DNA from: Octopus vulgaris
Lineage: Eukaryota
DNA length: 64,000 nt
Direction: 5' to 3'
Assembly (NCBI GenBank): GCA_951406725.2
Contig: OX597821.1
Coordinates: forward strand, 48,670,001 to 48,734,000
Below, piece by piece: positions 1-13,058 of the stretch (positions are counted from its first letter, which is position 1; each line of letters begins with the position of its first letter). The notes beneath the pieces were generated by a model. It did no database searches. It was not told where the DNA came from and saw nothing but the letters and a program-made list of their open reading frames with translations. The translations under genes were made by a program, and so were the position numbers.

Positions 1-49
1 CAAACATTTAAAAATTAATAAATAAATAAATTCATGGATGGATGTTATT

Positions 50-136
50 TTCACAACGATAGTGCTCTTCTCAGTACATGAGCAGTTCCAGTTAATACGA
101 TTTTTTGCACTTCCTGTAGGGATGGTAAGCCTGGAA
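50..136 (-). mobile_element. 3' end of an R4/Dong-like non-LTR retrotransposon ORF (fragment)
   Basis: Minus strand reads IPGLPSLQEVQKIVLTGTAHVLRRALSL*, resembling the C-terminus of R4/Dong ORFs; abuts a (TTA)n tract. Confidence 0.55.
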
Positions 137-165
137 TTATTATTATTATTATTATTATTATTATT

Positions 166-754
166 GAGTGAGCGAGCAGAGCATTCCATCAAAGTGACAC
201 TGGGGTAAAATATACGAAGCCCAGTATACCCATCATGACTACCCGTCTGATAAGGGTACACAAGGCACATGCATCACAACCATATGTGCGCGACATGGTG
301 ATCTCATATCAAGATAAACAGCACATGACCTTGCAGGTGGAGCCCAGTTAGAATTTTCTTCAGATCGAGTAACCCATCCCGCTCAAAAGGTCCCTGAATA
401 AGGGTTGTTTAAGGACGTTGAACGAAACACCCATGTTTCCAGAGGTGAATTATTCAAACCCCAAAGAATCCTTCTCAACACATGGCTATGATGCTCCCCC
501 ACTACTTCTGCTCGTGATCAGAGATGCACATATCGTCAGCCACTAAGGGACATGCTCAACTGGCTAAGGTCAAACAACTGACAAGCAAATCTGTGGTATT
601 GAGCAGAATATTTGCTGTAGCCCATATTTTATACCAAGACAAAACAATGTACATGATAATACTTCCAATCAGTTAAGATCAGAAGCCATGAGAGTCACTG
701 CCTGGTACTGCATCAGGGCATATACTGCATCAGGGCATGTACTGCATCAGGGCA
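166..754. mobile_element. ~555-bp non-coding interspersed element inside a (TTA)n tract, copy 1
   Basis: Near-identical to 13491-14045; both copies have (TTA)n on both sides; the terminal motif TACTGCATCAGGGCA is triplicated here. Confidence 0.85.
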
Positions 755-796
<42 letters not shown>

Positions 797-821
797 CATT
801 ATTATTATTATTATTATTATT

Positions 822-1078
822 CAGGTCACTGCTTACAATCGAACTCGAATCTTTGGGTTAGTAGTCCGCGCTCTTAACCACTTCGACATATGCCCGCAGC
901 CCACCCTTTTTTTGGGAATGAGAGCCCAAGTTCGAAATTTCCCCAAGACACCTGATGAAGGCTGGAGGGTAGATAAGTCGAAGCGTGTTAACAACAAACA
1001 AGATGAGGACAAATATCCGTCAAATGTAAATGATGTAAATAATGTAGATAATTCCTCATCTCTTAAATATAGAACTGC
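822..1078. mobile_element. Penelope-type terminal repeat fragment: tRNA-like head on minus (822-897), hammerhead-containing part on plus (915-1078)
   Basis: Both parts match 36453-36700; the head is inverted relative to the tail. Confidence 0.75.
947..989 (+). ncRNA. Degenerate minimal type-I hammerhead ribozyme motif
   Basis: GACAC-CTGATGA-A-GGCTG...AAGTC-GAAGCGTGTT: CUGAUGA box intact; stem II and GAAA box mutated. Confidence 0.6.
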
Positions 1079-1918
1079 GTTCTTTTTGTTTGTTTGCAAG
1101 TGTGTAGGTCAGTAGGTGTGCTCGCATGCAAGTGTGTACATGCATGTATGTATGTGTGTGTGCGTATGTACATATGTATGTGTATACGTATCTATGTATG
1201 TATTCTGCATATTCATGTGTTTGTATGTTTTTATGTGTGTGTTTGTGTTTGCATGTGTGTGTACCTCTGTCTCCTTGTGTGTGCATGTCTGAGTGTGTGT
1301 GTATGTGATTATGTGTTTTAGTCTTCATTTGTGTGTATGTGTGTGTGTGTGTGTGTGTGTACATATAACCCATATCTATCTGTTTACTTTCATATCCATA
1401 TGCCTACATACATGTGCATATACATATACACATATACACACATATATATATATATATATATATTTACATAACAGCCCGCTAACTATTCTACCTGTATATA
1501 AGTATAAACTGTGGGTATGGGTGTGTGATTACTATGTATATTTCCTATTTAATACTGGAGATATTTCATTTATGAGAACATACTTATTCCACACCGAGGT
1601 ACGAAATATTTACCGAAAGAATAAAATCTTGTACGAGTTATACCTGAATTTTAATTCATTCAAATTAATGTACCTCATCTCGAAAAGTCACAAAATTTTT
1701 GTCGGTTGCCATCTGGGATAATTTTAGTAACAAATCAAACAGGTAAGGTGCATTAAGAATTTCAGTTTTTGTGTTTATTGCATTTAACACCTGTTAATTA
1801 AATTTACCCGCCCTTAAAAATCAAATTTACTCAGCAAGATCAGCTAAAATTACATAACTATATACCAGTTATATATAAAGCACTCACTGACAAAATTTCA
1901 AATCTGTATGTAAAAAAA

Positions 1919-3478
1919 CTAGCAAACGCAACCGTCCTTTGAACGGTTTAAGTTGCTTTCGTGGTATATTTTTCACCAAATAATTGAACTACCGAGAAGG
2001 TTTATGTGTAGCACGGCAAGCTGTTTCCGATTAACCTAGGAACGGAAAATCAAATTGAAGGCTAGTTATTGTGGAGGTCGTTGCACTTTTAATGATCATA
2101 GAACATATACGTTTGCAAGCCATGTAAAGAAGAGCTACTGAAGTGTTTGGGGAGTAGATTACAGGTAATGACTACAAAATATAGTTGTTTTACATGAAAG
2201 CGAAATTTATTGTCAGAAACAGCCACATAAATGGTGTAAGGAAATTGAAGGAAAATGTTGTAACTTCCCCTCTGCGAGTTTATTTTTTTCAACAGCAAAG
2301 GGAAGGGAACTATTTTTTTCGGAGAGAAAAGCTAACAAAAGCCCCTTCATTCTATCTTCCCACATAGCGTGCACATAAACTAACAACGAAAGCTGCATAA
2401 AGTTAAATTGGTATGGAGCTTCCTGATAGATACGTATAGCTTTCGCTAGTGGAAGCAAAACTCTTATTTAAAGGTTGATTCTTTGGGACGATCCATATGT
2501 GAGTGTTTAAAAAAAGCTAGAATGACAATTCTGAAATGTATTTGAAACAATGGACAGCAGTTGAAATATCATAGTGGATGTGTAAAGAAGCACCCTTAAA
2601 GTGAAACAACGGGATCAAAGGTAAAAAAAGGTATCAACAAACAGAAGAGAGGGAAGGGGACATCACCTTTCAAGTAACTCAGAATAGGTAAAGGTAAGCT
2701 TGCCATAGTTTAATGCAGTTTCAATATGTAGATTAAGATAGTTTGGTATTGGATATTCATCACGTATACGTAGTTTTCCTAGTCAGTTGAATCACCGTCG
2801 TAAGTGGACAGCAGAAATAAATAGACAAAATCCTTTCACTTTTATAAAAAGATTAGTCACCGGCAGCTTACATGAGCTTGCTAGCGCTTTGGCTTCATAA
2901 ATTTATACAACCGTGAAAAAAAAATCGATAATGCTTTTGCAGCTCACAGCGATGACGTCATTTGAAGCGTTACGTGCCAGGAAAAATTCAACATATTTGT
3001 CTAATTTTCAAACTTTTTCGACCTTAACAGTAAAATTTCACGTAGACTACATGCAGATGTAATTTTTTTCCCTGAAAAGGCTTACTATGTGATCAGAAAA
3101 AAAATTTAAAAGAAAAGAGGGCAAAAAGCACTCGTTTTTTCACAGTGAAAAATCTTTGCTTAGTAACCTGAATTTCGCGACAAAATGCACGATCATAAAG
3201 CACAACAGCCTAAAGTGCATGCCGTTGGACGTTAGATGCTAATCGCGCCAATCTGGAGAGGCTTAGAACCCCCTTGAATTGATAAAAATCACGCTTCTCA
3301 CCATAGCAACCGCATCTTTCCAGATGGCGAGTTTTAACCTACTCAATTCCCTGCCTCATCACGCCTTCTAAGCCTGTGTCAATTTTCAGCTCGATCCGAC
3401 CAGTGGCCTGGCCGCCAACCTCTGACGTAGCAAAATGTGCACACAATTTTGACCCAAAGCCACTTTTATATATAGAGA
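1919..3478 (-). mobile_element. Non-autonomous Helitron A
   Basis: Minus strand starts TCTCTATATATAAAA and ends with hairpin AACCGT-TCAAAGG-ACGGTT followed by CTAG|T; no TSD. Confidence 0.75.
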
Positions 3479-4643
3479 CTAGCTTAACGTAACCCGCTCT
3501 ACGCGCGGGTAAGGGTGTGGTTGTTACTTTCTGTTGCTTCCTTTCTGTTTCTTATCGACACATTCTCCCTCTTTGTTTCTCTCTCCTTTCTCTCCCACTT
3601 TCCCACTCTCTTACTCTTCCTTTCTCTCGGACTCTCTCTCTCGCTTTCTCTTACTCTCTATCTATCTCTCTCCCATTTATAAACAACAAAAGATCTTGAG
3701 TAAGTTGAGAAAGAAAATATTTTGAAAGACCAATCATAAATATCAGGCAGTGACAACGGAAAGGTCTGCTTCAAGGCGGACAGCAAAACACTAACATTTA
3801 AAAGGGACAGACGAACTTGCGAGCTGAATAAAAATAAAAAATATTGGAAACCAAAGTTTGAAGGGATAGAATCTGAGGATAGTTGACTCACCATGGCTGG
3901 CATTCAAAACTTCTTAACGACGGACAGCAACGTACTGGTAGTTTAACGTCTGGCGCAAAATTTTGAACTTGATGTAAAAGAAAATTCCTAAACACCAAGT
4001 TTTGAAGTGATTCTTTCTCACGACAGTAGACTCCCTATGGCTGGCATTCAAAACTTCTTCATGACGGATGGCAACACATTGACGATTTAAAGGCTGGCGC
4101 AAAGTTTTTAGCTTGATGTAGCAGAGAATTCCTAAACACACCCTCCTGTAAATTTTAATCCCCTTCCAGCCCCATTTAGACCCCTTTTCACATAAAAATC
4201 CAATTTGTATCAACGTAATAATTCACCGTTCTAACAGACCTGTGGCGGGAATATTTAAACTTTTACGGCTGTCAACGCTTTCTCTCTATAGATACAGACA
4301 TACAGTGATAGTGGTGGTGGAAGAAAGAGTGAAAGAGAGACGGCGAAGCTGTCAAACGTCGTTATAGAGAGAAAGTGGAGGGAAGGAAAAAAAGAGAGAG
4401 ACGGAGGAAGATAGGGTGATATGCGAAAGTGAGAAACGACAAACACTTGTCAAAGTGTAGGTTTTGTTGCCCTAGTAACCATAGCTTTTGAGATAGGGGT
4501 TTCTAACCTAGTCCACTCAATTCCTCGCCTCTTTTTACATGTCCCTGTAAATATTGGAGCCAATCCGACCCCATCTACCGGCCCTTAAACCGTTCCCATC
4601 CCAAAATGAGACAAACAAATTTTTCGCATTTCTGCTTTATAGA
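3479..4643 (-). mobile_element. Non-autonomous Helitron B
   Basis: A|TCTATAAAG 5' end; 3' hairpin ACCCGC-GCGTAGA-GCGGTT-like (acccgc...gcgggt) then CTAG; 5' region related to Helitron A; internal duplication 3891-3995/4035-4141. Confidence 0.75.
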
Positions 4644-5137
4644 TATTGATTAAAAAGTTACAAGCAAAGATTGTCGACACCCTTCTTGAACCTGAATAAT
4701 TCACAATAACGTGAGTAAATAAGCATTACATTTGACAGATTAATATGAACACTAAAGATGTTTTTAGATGTATTTTTTCTTACACACATGCATAACATAG
4801 CCTCGCTCGGATGGGATTACATGTGTGTTACTTTAACGTCATTATTCCATAAAATTTGTTTATGGGGTGGGTGGGGGAGAAAATATTGAAAAATATCAAT
4901 AGATGTATGAATGAGAAAGAAACGAGAAGAGAGGTTTTGGGATGTTCTAGAAACAACAACTAGATCTCCCTTAAATCACACATTTTCCTCTGAAATTATT
5001 AACAATTCTTTTTTAAACCGAATGTTTCTCTCACAGCTTTTAAGTGGTAGTGAAAAAATTTTTAAAGTTGCCAAATCGTTTCGGACTGGGGGTGGTGAGG
5101 GAATGGTGGGACTGAAAAAAATTTCAAAATTTTTTCC

Positions 5138-6026
5138 TTTTGTTGTCGGAGTTTCTTATGCTTTTCATACATTTGCTGACAGTACTTCTCCGCTGTAATG
5201 GTTTCGCCCGGATCCAAAAAGCTGTGATGGATGAGACCGGCCGCAGACCACTAATAGTCGTCATGACTTTCTTTTGGTGCAACTTTGGCTTTGGGAAGTG
5301 CCGTGGAGCTTCATCGGCGTCCAACCACTGAGCTGAGCGTCGCCAGTTGTCGTAAAAAATCCACTTTTCATCGCAAGTCACAATCCGGTCGAGAAACGGG
5401 TCATTCTTGTTACGTAAAAGAAGGAAAGACGATACTTCAAAACGGCGTTTTTTAAATTTTTGTTGTTGTTGTTCAATTCGTGCGGCACCCATTTCTCAAG
5501 TATTTTTGCTTTTCCAATCTCTTTCAAGTGGTTGGAAATTGTCGTATATGTTACGTCTAGTTCAGAAGCAAGCTCTCGAACAGCTGTGCGTGGATTGGCT
5601 TCGACTAAGGCTTTTGGTTGATCGCTGTCAACATCCGATGGCCGACCACTAAACTTATCATCTTCAAGACTCTCGTCACTGCTACGAAATTTCTTGAACC
5701 ACCATTGTGCTGTACGTTCATTAGTGGTTCCTGGGCCAAACGCATCGTTGATATCGCGAGCTGTTTCAAAAGCTTTTCGGCTTAACTTGAACTAGAATAA
5801 GAAAATTGTGCGAATTTGCTTTTTGTCCATGTTGTATTCAACGTTCCGGAAAAAATGTCCTAATTATTCAAAAAAAAAAAAAAAAAGCGTAACACGATTA
5901 GATATAGCAAAAAAACGGGTTTTAAAATGATATATAAAGTCAAAGTAATTTAACGAAAATTAATTTGAAAATATATCATTTAAAACCAAAATTAAAAATT
6001 CCGCAAGAACTTTCTTGACAACCTAA
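5138..6026 (-). mobile_element. Mariner (cecropia/Hsmar1-like) 5' half, defective transposase
   Basis: TIR at 6001-6026 followed by TA; ATG at 5830 gives MDKKQIRTIFLF*FK...INDAFGPGTTNERTAQWWFKKF; later [14 protein letters not shown] and [11 protein letters not shown]; stops and frameshifts present. Confidence 0.92.
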
Positions 6027-6044
6027 TAAAAAACTTTTTTTCCA

Positions 6045-6068
6045 AAATTCTGACGCCATTTTTCTCAG

Positions 6069-6101
<33 letters not shown>

Positions 6102-6125
6102 TGAGAAAAAATGGCGTCAGAATTT
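6045..6125. repeat. Short inverted repeat flanking (TA)n
   Basis: AAATTCTGACGCCATTTTTCTCAGTA-(TA)n-TACTGAGAAAAAATGGCGTCAGAATTT. Confidence 0.85.
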
Positions 6126-6336
6126 ATACATATATATAGCAACAATGAGGATATTTAAACCTCTTATAGGGATATTCATCCAAGATGCACTGATTTTATA
6201 TATTTAAACATTGAAAAGATAATTCTTCAATGAATATATTATGTCGAATATCAAACATTTTATCAACATATTCACCAACAATATGAATAGGTTGATTATT
6301 TAAGAAATGACTTTGTATCCATTAGATCTCTGTTCC

Positions 6337-6372
<36 letters not shown>

Positions 6373-6650
6373 GGAGGGAGGCACCGTTAATCGAAAAGTT
6401 AGCTTTTTTAATCGTTAATTCTTTGAAAATGTAATGGAAGTTAACGTTAACTTTTATTGAAAATAGGCATAACCACACCACCGACTTTGTTGCCTCATAA
6501 CTTCCAGAAAGTGGATGCTTTTTAACGAACCTTTCACCAAATAATCGCTTATAGATTAATTTAATAAAATTTTATACAAATACCTCTCAAACAGTGTAGA
6601 TTACGATTACAAAGAAATTCGTAGGCAAAATTTTTGGAAGGAGGTGGGAG

Positions 6651-7059
6651 GAGCATTGGTCAATAGAAAAGGACCAATTCTTCTCCACGACAACGCTCCG
6701 CCGCACGTCACACAACTGACCCTACAGAAGTTGAACGAATTGGGCTACGAAACTCTGCCTCATCCGCCATACTCACCAGACCTCTCGCCTACCGACTACC
6801 ACTTTTTCAAGCATCTCGACAACTTCCTGCGTGAGAAATGCTTCAAACACCAAGACGATGCCAAACACGCCTTCAACGACTTCATCGCCACCAGAACGCA
6901 GGAAGTTTACACTACTGGCATAAATAAACTTGTTTCGCTTTGGTAAAAGTGCGTTGATTCTGATGGTTTTTATTTCGATTAATAAAGTTTTGTTTGAGGC
7001 AAGATATGTGCATCTGAATTTAAAGATTAAAAACCGCAATAAGTTTCTGGACAACCTAC
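6651..7059 (+). mobile_element. Mariner 3' half (D,D34D catalytic region and right TIR)
   Basis: ALVNRKGPILLHDNAPPH...HPPYSPDLSPTDYHFFKHLDNFL; TIR CCGCAATAAGTTTCTGGACAACCTAC-TA at 7034-7061. Confidence 0.92.
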
Positions 7060-7305
7060 TATTTCTTTAGTATTATTAGCGCTTTCGTTGGTTTTCGAAC
7101 TTGTCAAATAAAATTTTGTGAATGTACAAACAGCTTGTTCATTTTTATAAAACAGATATATAAAACAAAAACAATGTTCTCTTCTTCTACCCCCCAACCC
7201 CCCTCATTTCTCTTATATAAATGAACAAGCTGTTTGTACATTCACAAAATTTTATTTGACAAGTTCGAGAAACGAACGAAAGCGCTAATAACAATGAAGA
7301 AATAG
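7059..7305. repeat. Foldback inverted repeat, ~90-bp arms with ~60-bp spacer
   Basis: 7059-7150 is reverse-complementary to 7213-7305 (e.g. CTTGTCAAATAAAATTTTGTGAATGTACAAACAGCTTGTTCATTT). Confidence 0.9.
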
Positions 7306-7373
7306 AAAGATTTTTCCAAAATTCTGACTTTTTTCTCAATATTCAGTTTCTGTACACCACATCTAACACTCTA

Positions 7374-7472
7374 TACATACATACATACATACGTACATAC
7401 ATACATACATACATACATACATACATACATACATACATACATACATACATACATACATACATACATACATAC
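7374..7472. repeat. (CATA)n microsatellite
   Basis: Read directly; similar tracts at 16894-16996, 40040-40106, 45430-45495 and 47527-47640. Confidence 0.95.
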
Positions 7473-8499
7473 ACGCACTCACACACATATAGGATATATA
7501 GATATATATATAATATGTATATTATAGTATATATTATATATGTCTGTGTGTATTATATTATGTATCATAGGAAAACAGGAATGAATGGAGAAGAATAGAT
7601 ATTTAATCAACTTACAAACCTTTCGGATAGCAAGGCAAATTCTAAAATTCTACGATGCCGTGATCATTTGTATTTATAGACCCCCATATTTGATCGACTA
7701 AGATTCTACAGAGATAGAAATTTAGCACACTCCCATCCTTATCGAATGTACATCACACTGCTTGGAATAGGCAGAGTACATATACGCGAGAAAACCCCTA
7801 CAATGCTGCGCAAGTGCTTCGTAGAGACCTGTTTACACAAGATCGATGCTGGAACAATAAGCTAAGCAAACTGATTTATTTTATCTATTATATTTTCCTT
7901 TTTCTTTTTCTTCGACCTTTGCAGCCCTTAATTATGTGATCGCTTAATTGCTAAAAGATTTCCTTCACCCTGCTTGCCATCGGTTAAACGCTCTATCTCT
8001 CCCTTTCTTTCCGTATCTAGTTGAATGGTTGTAATCTCTCTATTTTCAATCGATAGGCGAATAACTTCCAACTCCTGTCAAGTTTAATTCCCTCTTTATG
8101 GATATTGAATATATCTCTATTAATAGACAAGTAATTTCATTTTCAGTCCAGTAAACTTCGTGGAAGGACATTTTGTCGTGTGATATCAACTAAATCCTTT
8201 TTTAACTCCTATTCACCCCTCACAGCCACCTATGTAATGCTAACTCGAGCGGATGCGCACATACTGCTAGTTTATATCTGTTTTCCCACCCATGAGCATG
8301 TACATAGGACTATGGACATATATCTGTGCAAATAATTGTAATGTATGTGCATACTCACAACAGTTTTTTGGGACTAAAGGAAATTGAAACTACAATCGTA
8401 ATATTGTTATTCATACCAAGCACAAGGACCCGCTGCTTCCAGGAATGCGACTCCAAAGATCTTTTTCGTTTCAGAAGCTGAAAACATCCCCCAACCGCC

Positions 8500-10190
8500 T
8501 CAATTTCACAAGGTTAGAGCTGCTACAGTCAACGTTGATACAATGAAGGGTAAGGCTGATGAAATAGTTGAAATGCTTGAGCGGAGATATGCAGATATAT
8601 GCTGTGTTCAAGAGGTACGATGGAGGGGAGCCTCAGCTAGACTGCTTACGAGTAAAAGACGTAGATACAAATTTTTCTGGGTAGGCAACATTGAGGTTTA
8701 GGTGGCGTGTGTATTCTACTAGCAGAGTAATGGTTGGATAAGGTAATTGAGGTAGTCTGAGTATGTAATAGAATTATTAAGCTAAAAATAGCCTTGTTTA
8801 CTGAAACAATGTCAGTTTTCTCTGCATATGCTCCACACACCGGACTCGCAGATTACTCAGAAGGTCCACTTCTACGAATCTCTTCTGAGGACTACCTCAA
8901 CGATGAAAGATGACGGCGTTCACATCGTAACAGGGGAATTTAATGAACATTTTGGAAGACACATCGAAGGATTTCAAAGTGCGCAAAGAGGCTACGGCTT
9001 TGGCTCTAGAAATGAAGAAGGGAGAAGGCTGATGAAGTTCTGTGATACTCGTGGTTTACTGGTCTACATCAACTTCAGGAAACCGGCCAACCATCTGATC
9101 AATTACCAATCCTGTGGGCGCACCAGTCAGATTGACTACATCCTCACCAAACACAGGGACAAGTGTATGCCCGTAAATACGAAATCTGTCCTGGGCGAAG
9201 AATGTACAACTCAACATAAGCTAGTGGTTAGTGCCTTCAGGATTAGGACCAGAAGGATCCAGAGATGCAAGTCGATATAGAAAGAAGGTTATGAAAGCTC
9301 AAGGATCCTTCAGATGGGCAGAGCTTTAGAGATATTCTTAATGAAGCCTTTGATGAGAAGGAGGAAGAGATAGAGACATATGGCTTAAACGACGACTGGA
9401 AGTTCCTACGGGACAATCTACTGCGGGTGACTGACCAAATATGTGGTCAGGCCTCTACTTGACCAAGGATGACATAGTAATGGAACAGTGACGTTGACAG
9501 GGCCATAAAAAAGAAGGGATGAGTGTGGAAAAAATGGAAAAGAGAGGGTAGCAAATAATTATACCAGAAAGCTAAAAGGGAAGCTAGGCACCAGGTTTAT
9601 CAGGGCAGAAGCAGAAGGGAAGACGTTTGCCAATGTCCTACAGCATGAAGATCAGGGACTTGAGGTCTTCCGGATTACTAGACAGCGTGTTAGAGAGAAT
9701 CGAGATACCGTGAGAGAGAAGTGTGTGCAGATGGATAATGGTATGCTTGCACTTAGTGACGCGGACAAGAAAGAGGCACGAATGAATTACTATATAAGGC
9801 TATTGAATATGGAGAATGAACGGGATAAAGGGAATCTCCTCCATGCGAACCGAACAGAGAGACCAGCTATCCTAGTAGACAGCAGTATGGTAGATTAGGC
9901 AATTAAAGATATGAAAACAGGGAAAGCTCCTGATCCATCTGGAATCACTGTTGAGATGCTCAAAATATCTGGTAAGGTAGAATTCAGATTAGTCACCCGC
10001 ATAGCTAATCAGGTAATTCAGGAAGGCGTAATACCCATTGGCTGGTGTAACGGCATTATTGTAAGCTGCTACAAGTGTAAGGGAAATGCCTTAGAAGCAA
10101 TTACAGAGGTATCAAATCCTTGGACCAGGTGCTGAAAGTTACGGAAAGAGTTATAACCCAATTAATTAGGAGCAGATTAGATGAAATGCC
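8500..10190 (+). mobile_element. Degraded RTE-type LINE (APE endonuclease through start of RT)
   Basis: TVNVDTMKGK..EIVEML..DICCVQEVRWRG; SAYAP; GYGFGSRNEEGRRLMKFC; SQIDYIL; QHKLVV; MKTGKAPDPSGITVEMLK; many stops. Confidence 0.9.
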
Positions 10191-10389
10191 AGTTTATTTT
10201 GTCTCTTTGTCTTCTCTCCTAGTGCTGTATGAATATTTGATGTGGTTTTAGAGTAAAGTTTTAACTGCTATATCTAGCTTGGCGGTATCTTTTAGATATC
10301 CTTTATTATAATTTTATTAATAATTATTACTTATGAGGTTTTTATTCCCATGCTAGCCACTTGATATGATCTTATCCTTATTTATATAA

Positions 10390-10435
<46 letters not shown>

Positions 10436-10757
10436 TTTAATTAATAATAGAAGGATAAAATTTATTAATCAAATTAATTAATCAATTAATTAACAATTTT
10501 ACCAAGTAGATCGGTACGTTAAAATAACCTTTATAGGTAAAATTATCCACATAATTATAATTAGGGTTCAGCTAACTGCTTCACCACATACCGAAATTAG
10601 AAAAAGGAGTTGAAAATTCCTTTTTACTACTATAAGAATCTCCATGACGGTAAACATACTTTTTTTACGAAAGCAGAGAGAAAAACAATGAATCAACACG
10701 ACCAGGGTTAATTAAGTGAAATATAGTATAAATACTGGGCTAAAAAATATATAAATA

Positions 10758-10842
10758 AATAAGTACTGGGATCGATTCATTCGACCAAAAATTCAAGGCG
10801 GTGCCCCAGCATGGCTGCAGTCAAATGACTGAAACAAGTAAA
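10758..10842 (+). mobile_element. 3' fragment of SINE family 1
   Basis: CAAGGCGGTGCCCCAGCATGGCTGCAGTCAAATGACTGAAACAAGTAAAA matches the tail of the full copies. Confidence 0.75.
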
Positions 10843-11152
10843 AACAGTTTAAGAGAGATACATGCTTTGTTGTGAGATTAAGAATTGTGTGGACTATGCG
10901 TGAATATCAACACTTCGGGATATGCTAATATTTCTCCTTGAAATTATGAATGGCCTTCGAAATAACAAATACCTTATTTGTAAAATATTTAAGGGTTGGG
11001 GGCAGGAAGAGCATTCGGTTGCAAAATCCTGTTTCAAATATGTCCCCTGTTCAGCTATACCAACATGGGAAAACGGGCGTTAAACGATATATGTATACAC
11101 ACACACACACACACACGCGATACACATTTATTCTTAATACGTTCAAGACATA

Positions 11153-11190
<38 letters not shown>

Positions 11191-11389
11191 GTGACGGTTA
11201 TATTGCGCAAGATGCGTCAGTGCATGAGTGGGTGAGAGAAAGAGAGAGAAAGAGAGAGAGAGAGAGAGTGAGTGTGTGTGCGTGCGCGCGTTTGCTATCA
11301 ATATTTCGGCAAATCACCTGAAACAGCAGTAAGCGTTACATACATACATATTATATATATTGAGTTTTGTTGTTAGATTTTATTATATA

Positions 11390-11441
<52 letters not shown>

Positions 11442-11592
11442 CGAGAGAGTTCAAAATAAATCAAGGTTAACATACTTGTTTACGTTTTCTTGTAAAGTTG
11501 TTGTCTGCTGTCAGTGAACTGTTTCTCCTAACCTTCCGTACTGCGTTTTCCCTCACTACTTCACTCGGCATTCACTTTTATTTATATATACA

Positions 11593-11616
11593 ACAGTAGC
11601 AGCAGTAGCAGCAGCT

Positions 11617-11670
<54 letters not shown>

Positions 11671-11800
11671 AACAGCAGCAGCAGCAACAGTAGTAGTAGT
11701 AGTAGTGGTGGTGATGATGGTGGTGATGGTGGTGGTAGTGGTGGTGGTCTTCGTCGTCGTAGGTGTCTCTGGTATGATGATGATGATGATGATGATGATG
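11593..11800. repeat. Compound trinucleotide microsatellite (AGC/AGT/GGT/GAT)
   Basis: Read directly. Confidence 0.9.
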
Positions 11801-12106
11801 TTGAGCTTTAACTGATGAAGGGGGATTATGTTTATACGCTTCAGTACTTGAGACTATATCAATTAGTCCTTGTAAAATGTTAAAGTGTGATATGAGGGGA
11901 AATTAACTGTCATTTCCAGCACGTCGAACAACCAAGGTGTTTTAGTGGATATTAATGATATCATAAATGTTGTTATCATACTATCACGTAGCTCATGTTG
12001 AACTCTACTCAACATTCCACCAGCATCAAACTTACTCCAACAATGACCATCACCTATCCTTTCGAGATTGTTTTATCCTCCTGTCCAATGTCACCTTTAT
12101 TATTCA

Positions 12107-12445
12107 GCATGGCTCAGTGGTTAGAGCGTCGAGCTTACGATCGTGAGGTTGTGAGCTCGAATCCAGGACCGGGCTGCGTGGTGTGTTCTTGAGCAAGACA
12201 CTTTATTTCACGTTGCTCCAGTTCACTCAGCTGTAGAAATGAGTTGCGACGTCACTGGTGCCAAGCTGTATCGACCTTTGTCCTTCCCTGGGATAACACT
12301 GGTGGCGTGGAGAGGGGAGGCTGGTATGCATGGGCGTCTGCTGGTCTTCCATAAACAACCTCGCCCGGACTTGTGTCTAAGAGGGTAACTTTCTAGGTGC
12401 AATCCCATGGTCTGTGTCGTGACCGAAGAGGGTCTCCGAGTAGAC
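12107..12445 (+). mobile_element. tRNA(Val-like)-derived SINE, family 2
   Basis: A box TGGCTCAGTGG, loop TTACGAT, B-box-like GCTCGAATCC; central GTGTTCTTGAGCAAGACACTT (Meta/V-like domain); second copy at 61226-61570. Confidence 0.85.
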
Positions 12446-12847
12446 AGAATATGAAAAAGTTTAGCCACTATTTTTAGAAGGTAAAGACATAATGAGACAA
12501 AGTCTTACCTTCAGATCTACCCCTTCCTCGACCACACACAGAATATGCACATGCACACGTAACAACCGTATAAAATTTATACACTTAAAACGAAATTACG
12601 CCAGTAGCAAGACTCAAATCCAGGTCGTCTGACTGCGAAGTTTAAACCACAGCGTAGCAACACCTTGTTTGCGTGAGCAGCCGAATTATGGACTAATCAT
12701 CAACCAGACTTCATGTGACAAACCATTCTAGATCCTTCTGGAATGTCCCTGTACAAGGGCAATAACAAAGCATGTTTAGAGCGCCAACTTTGCAGTGTCG
12801 TAGACGTCCAAGCAACATACAATATATACAATATACACACATCTTTT

Positions 12848-13018
12848 TTTCTTTTATCTGTTTCAGTCATTAGACTGCGGCCATGCTGGGACACCGCCTT
12901 GAAGAACTTTTAGTCGAATGAATCGACCCCAGTATTTATATTTTTAAAGCCTGGTACTTATTCTATCGGTTTCTTTTTGGCGAACCGCTAATGTTACGAG
13001 GACGTAAACAACAAATCA

Positions 13019-13058
<40 letters not shown>

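Noticed and set aside
1056-1721. His/Thr- and Cys/Val-rich ORFs (also near 16.8, 25.8, 29.4, 40, 47.3 and 56.7 kb)
   Set aside because: They are translations of (CA)n/(CATA)n microsatellites.
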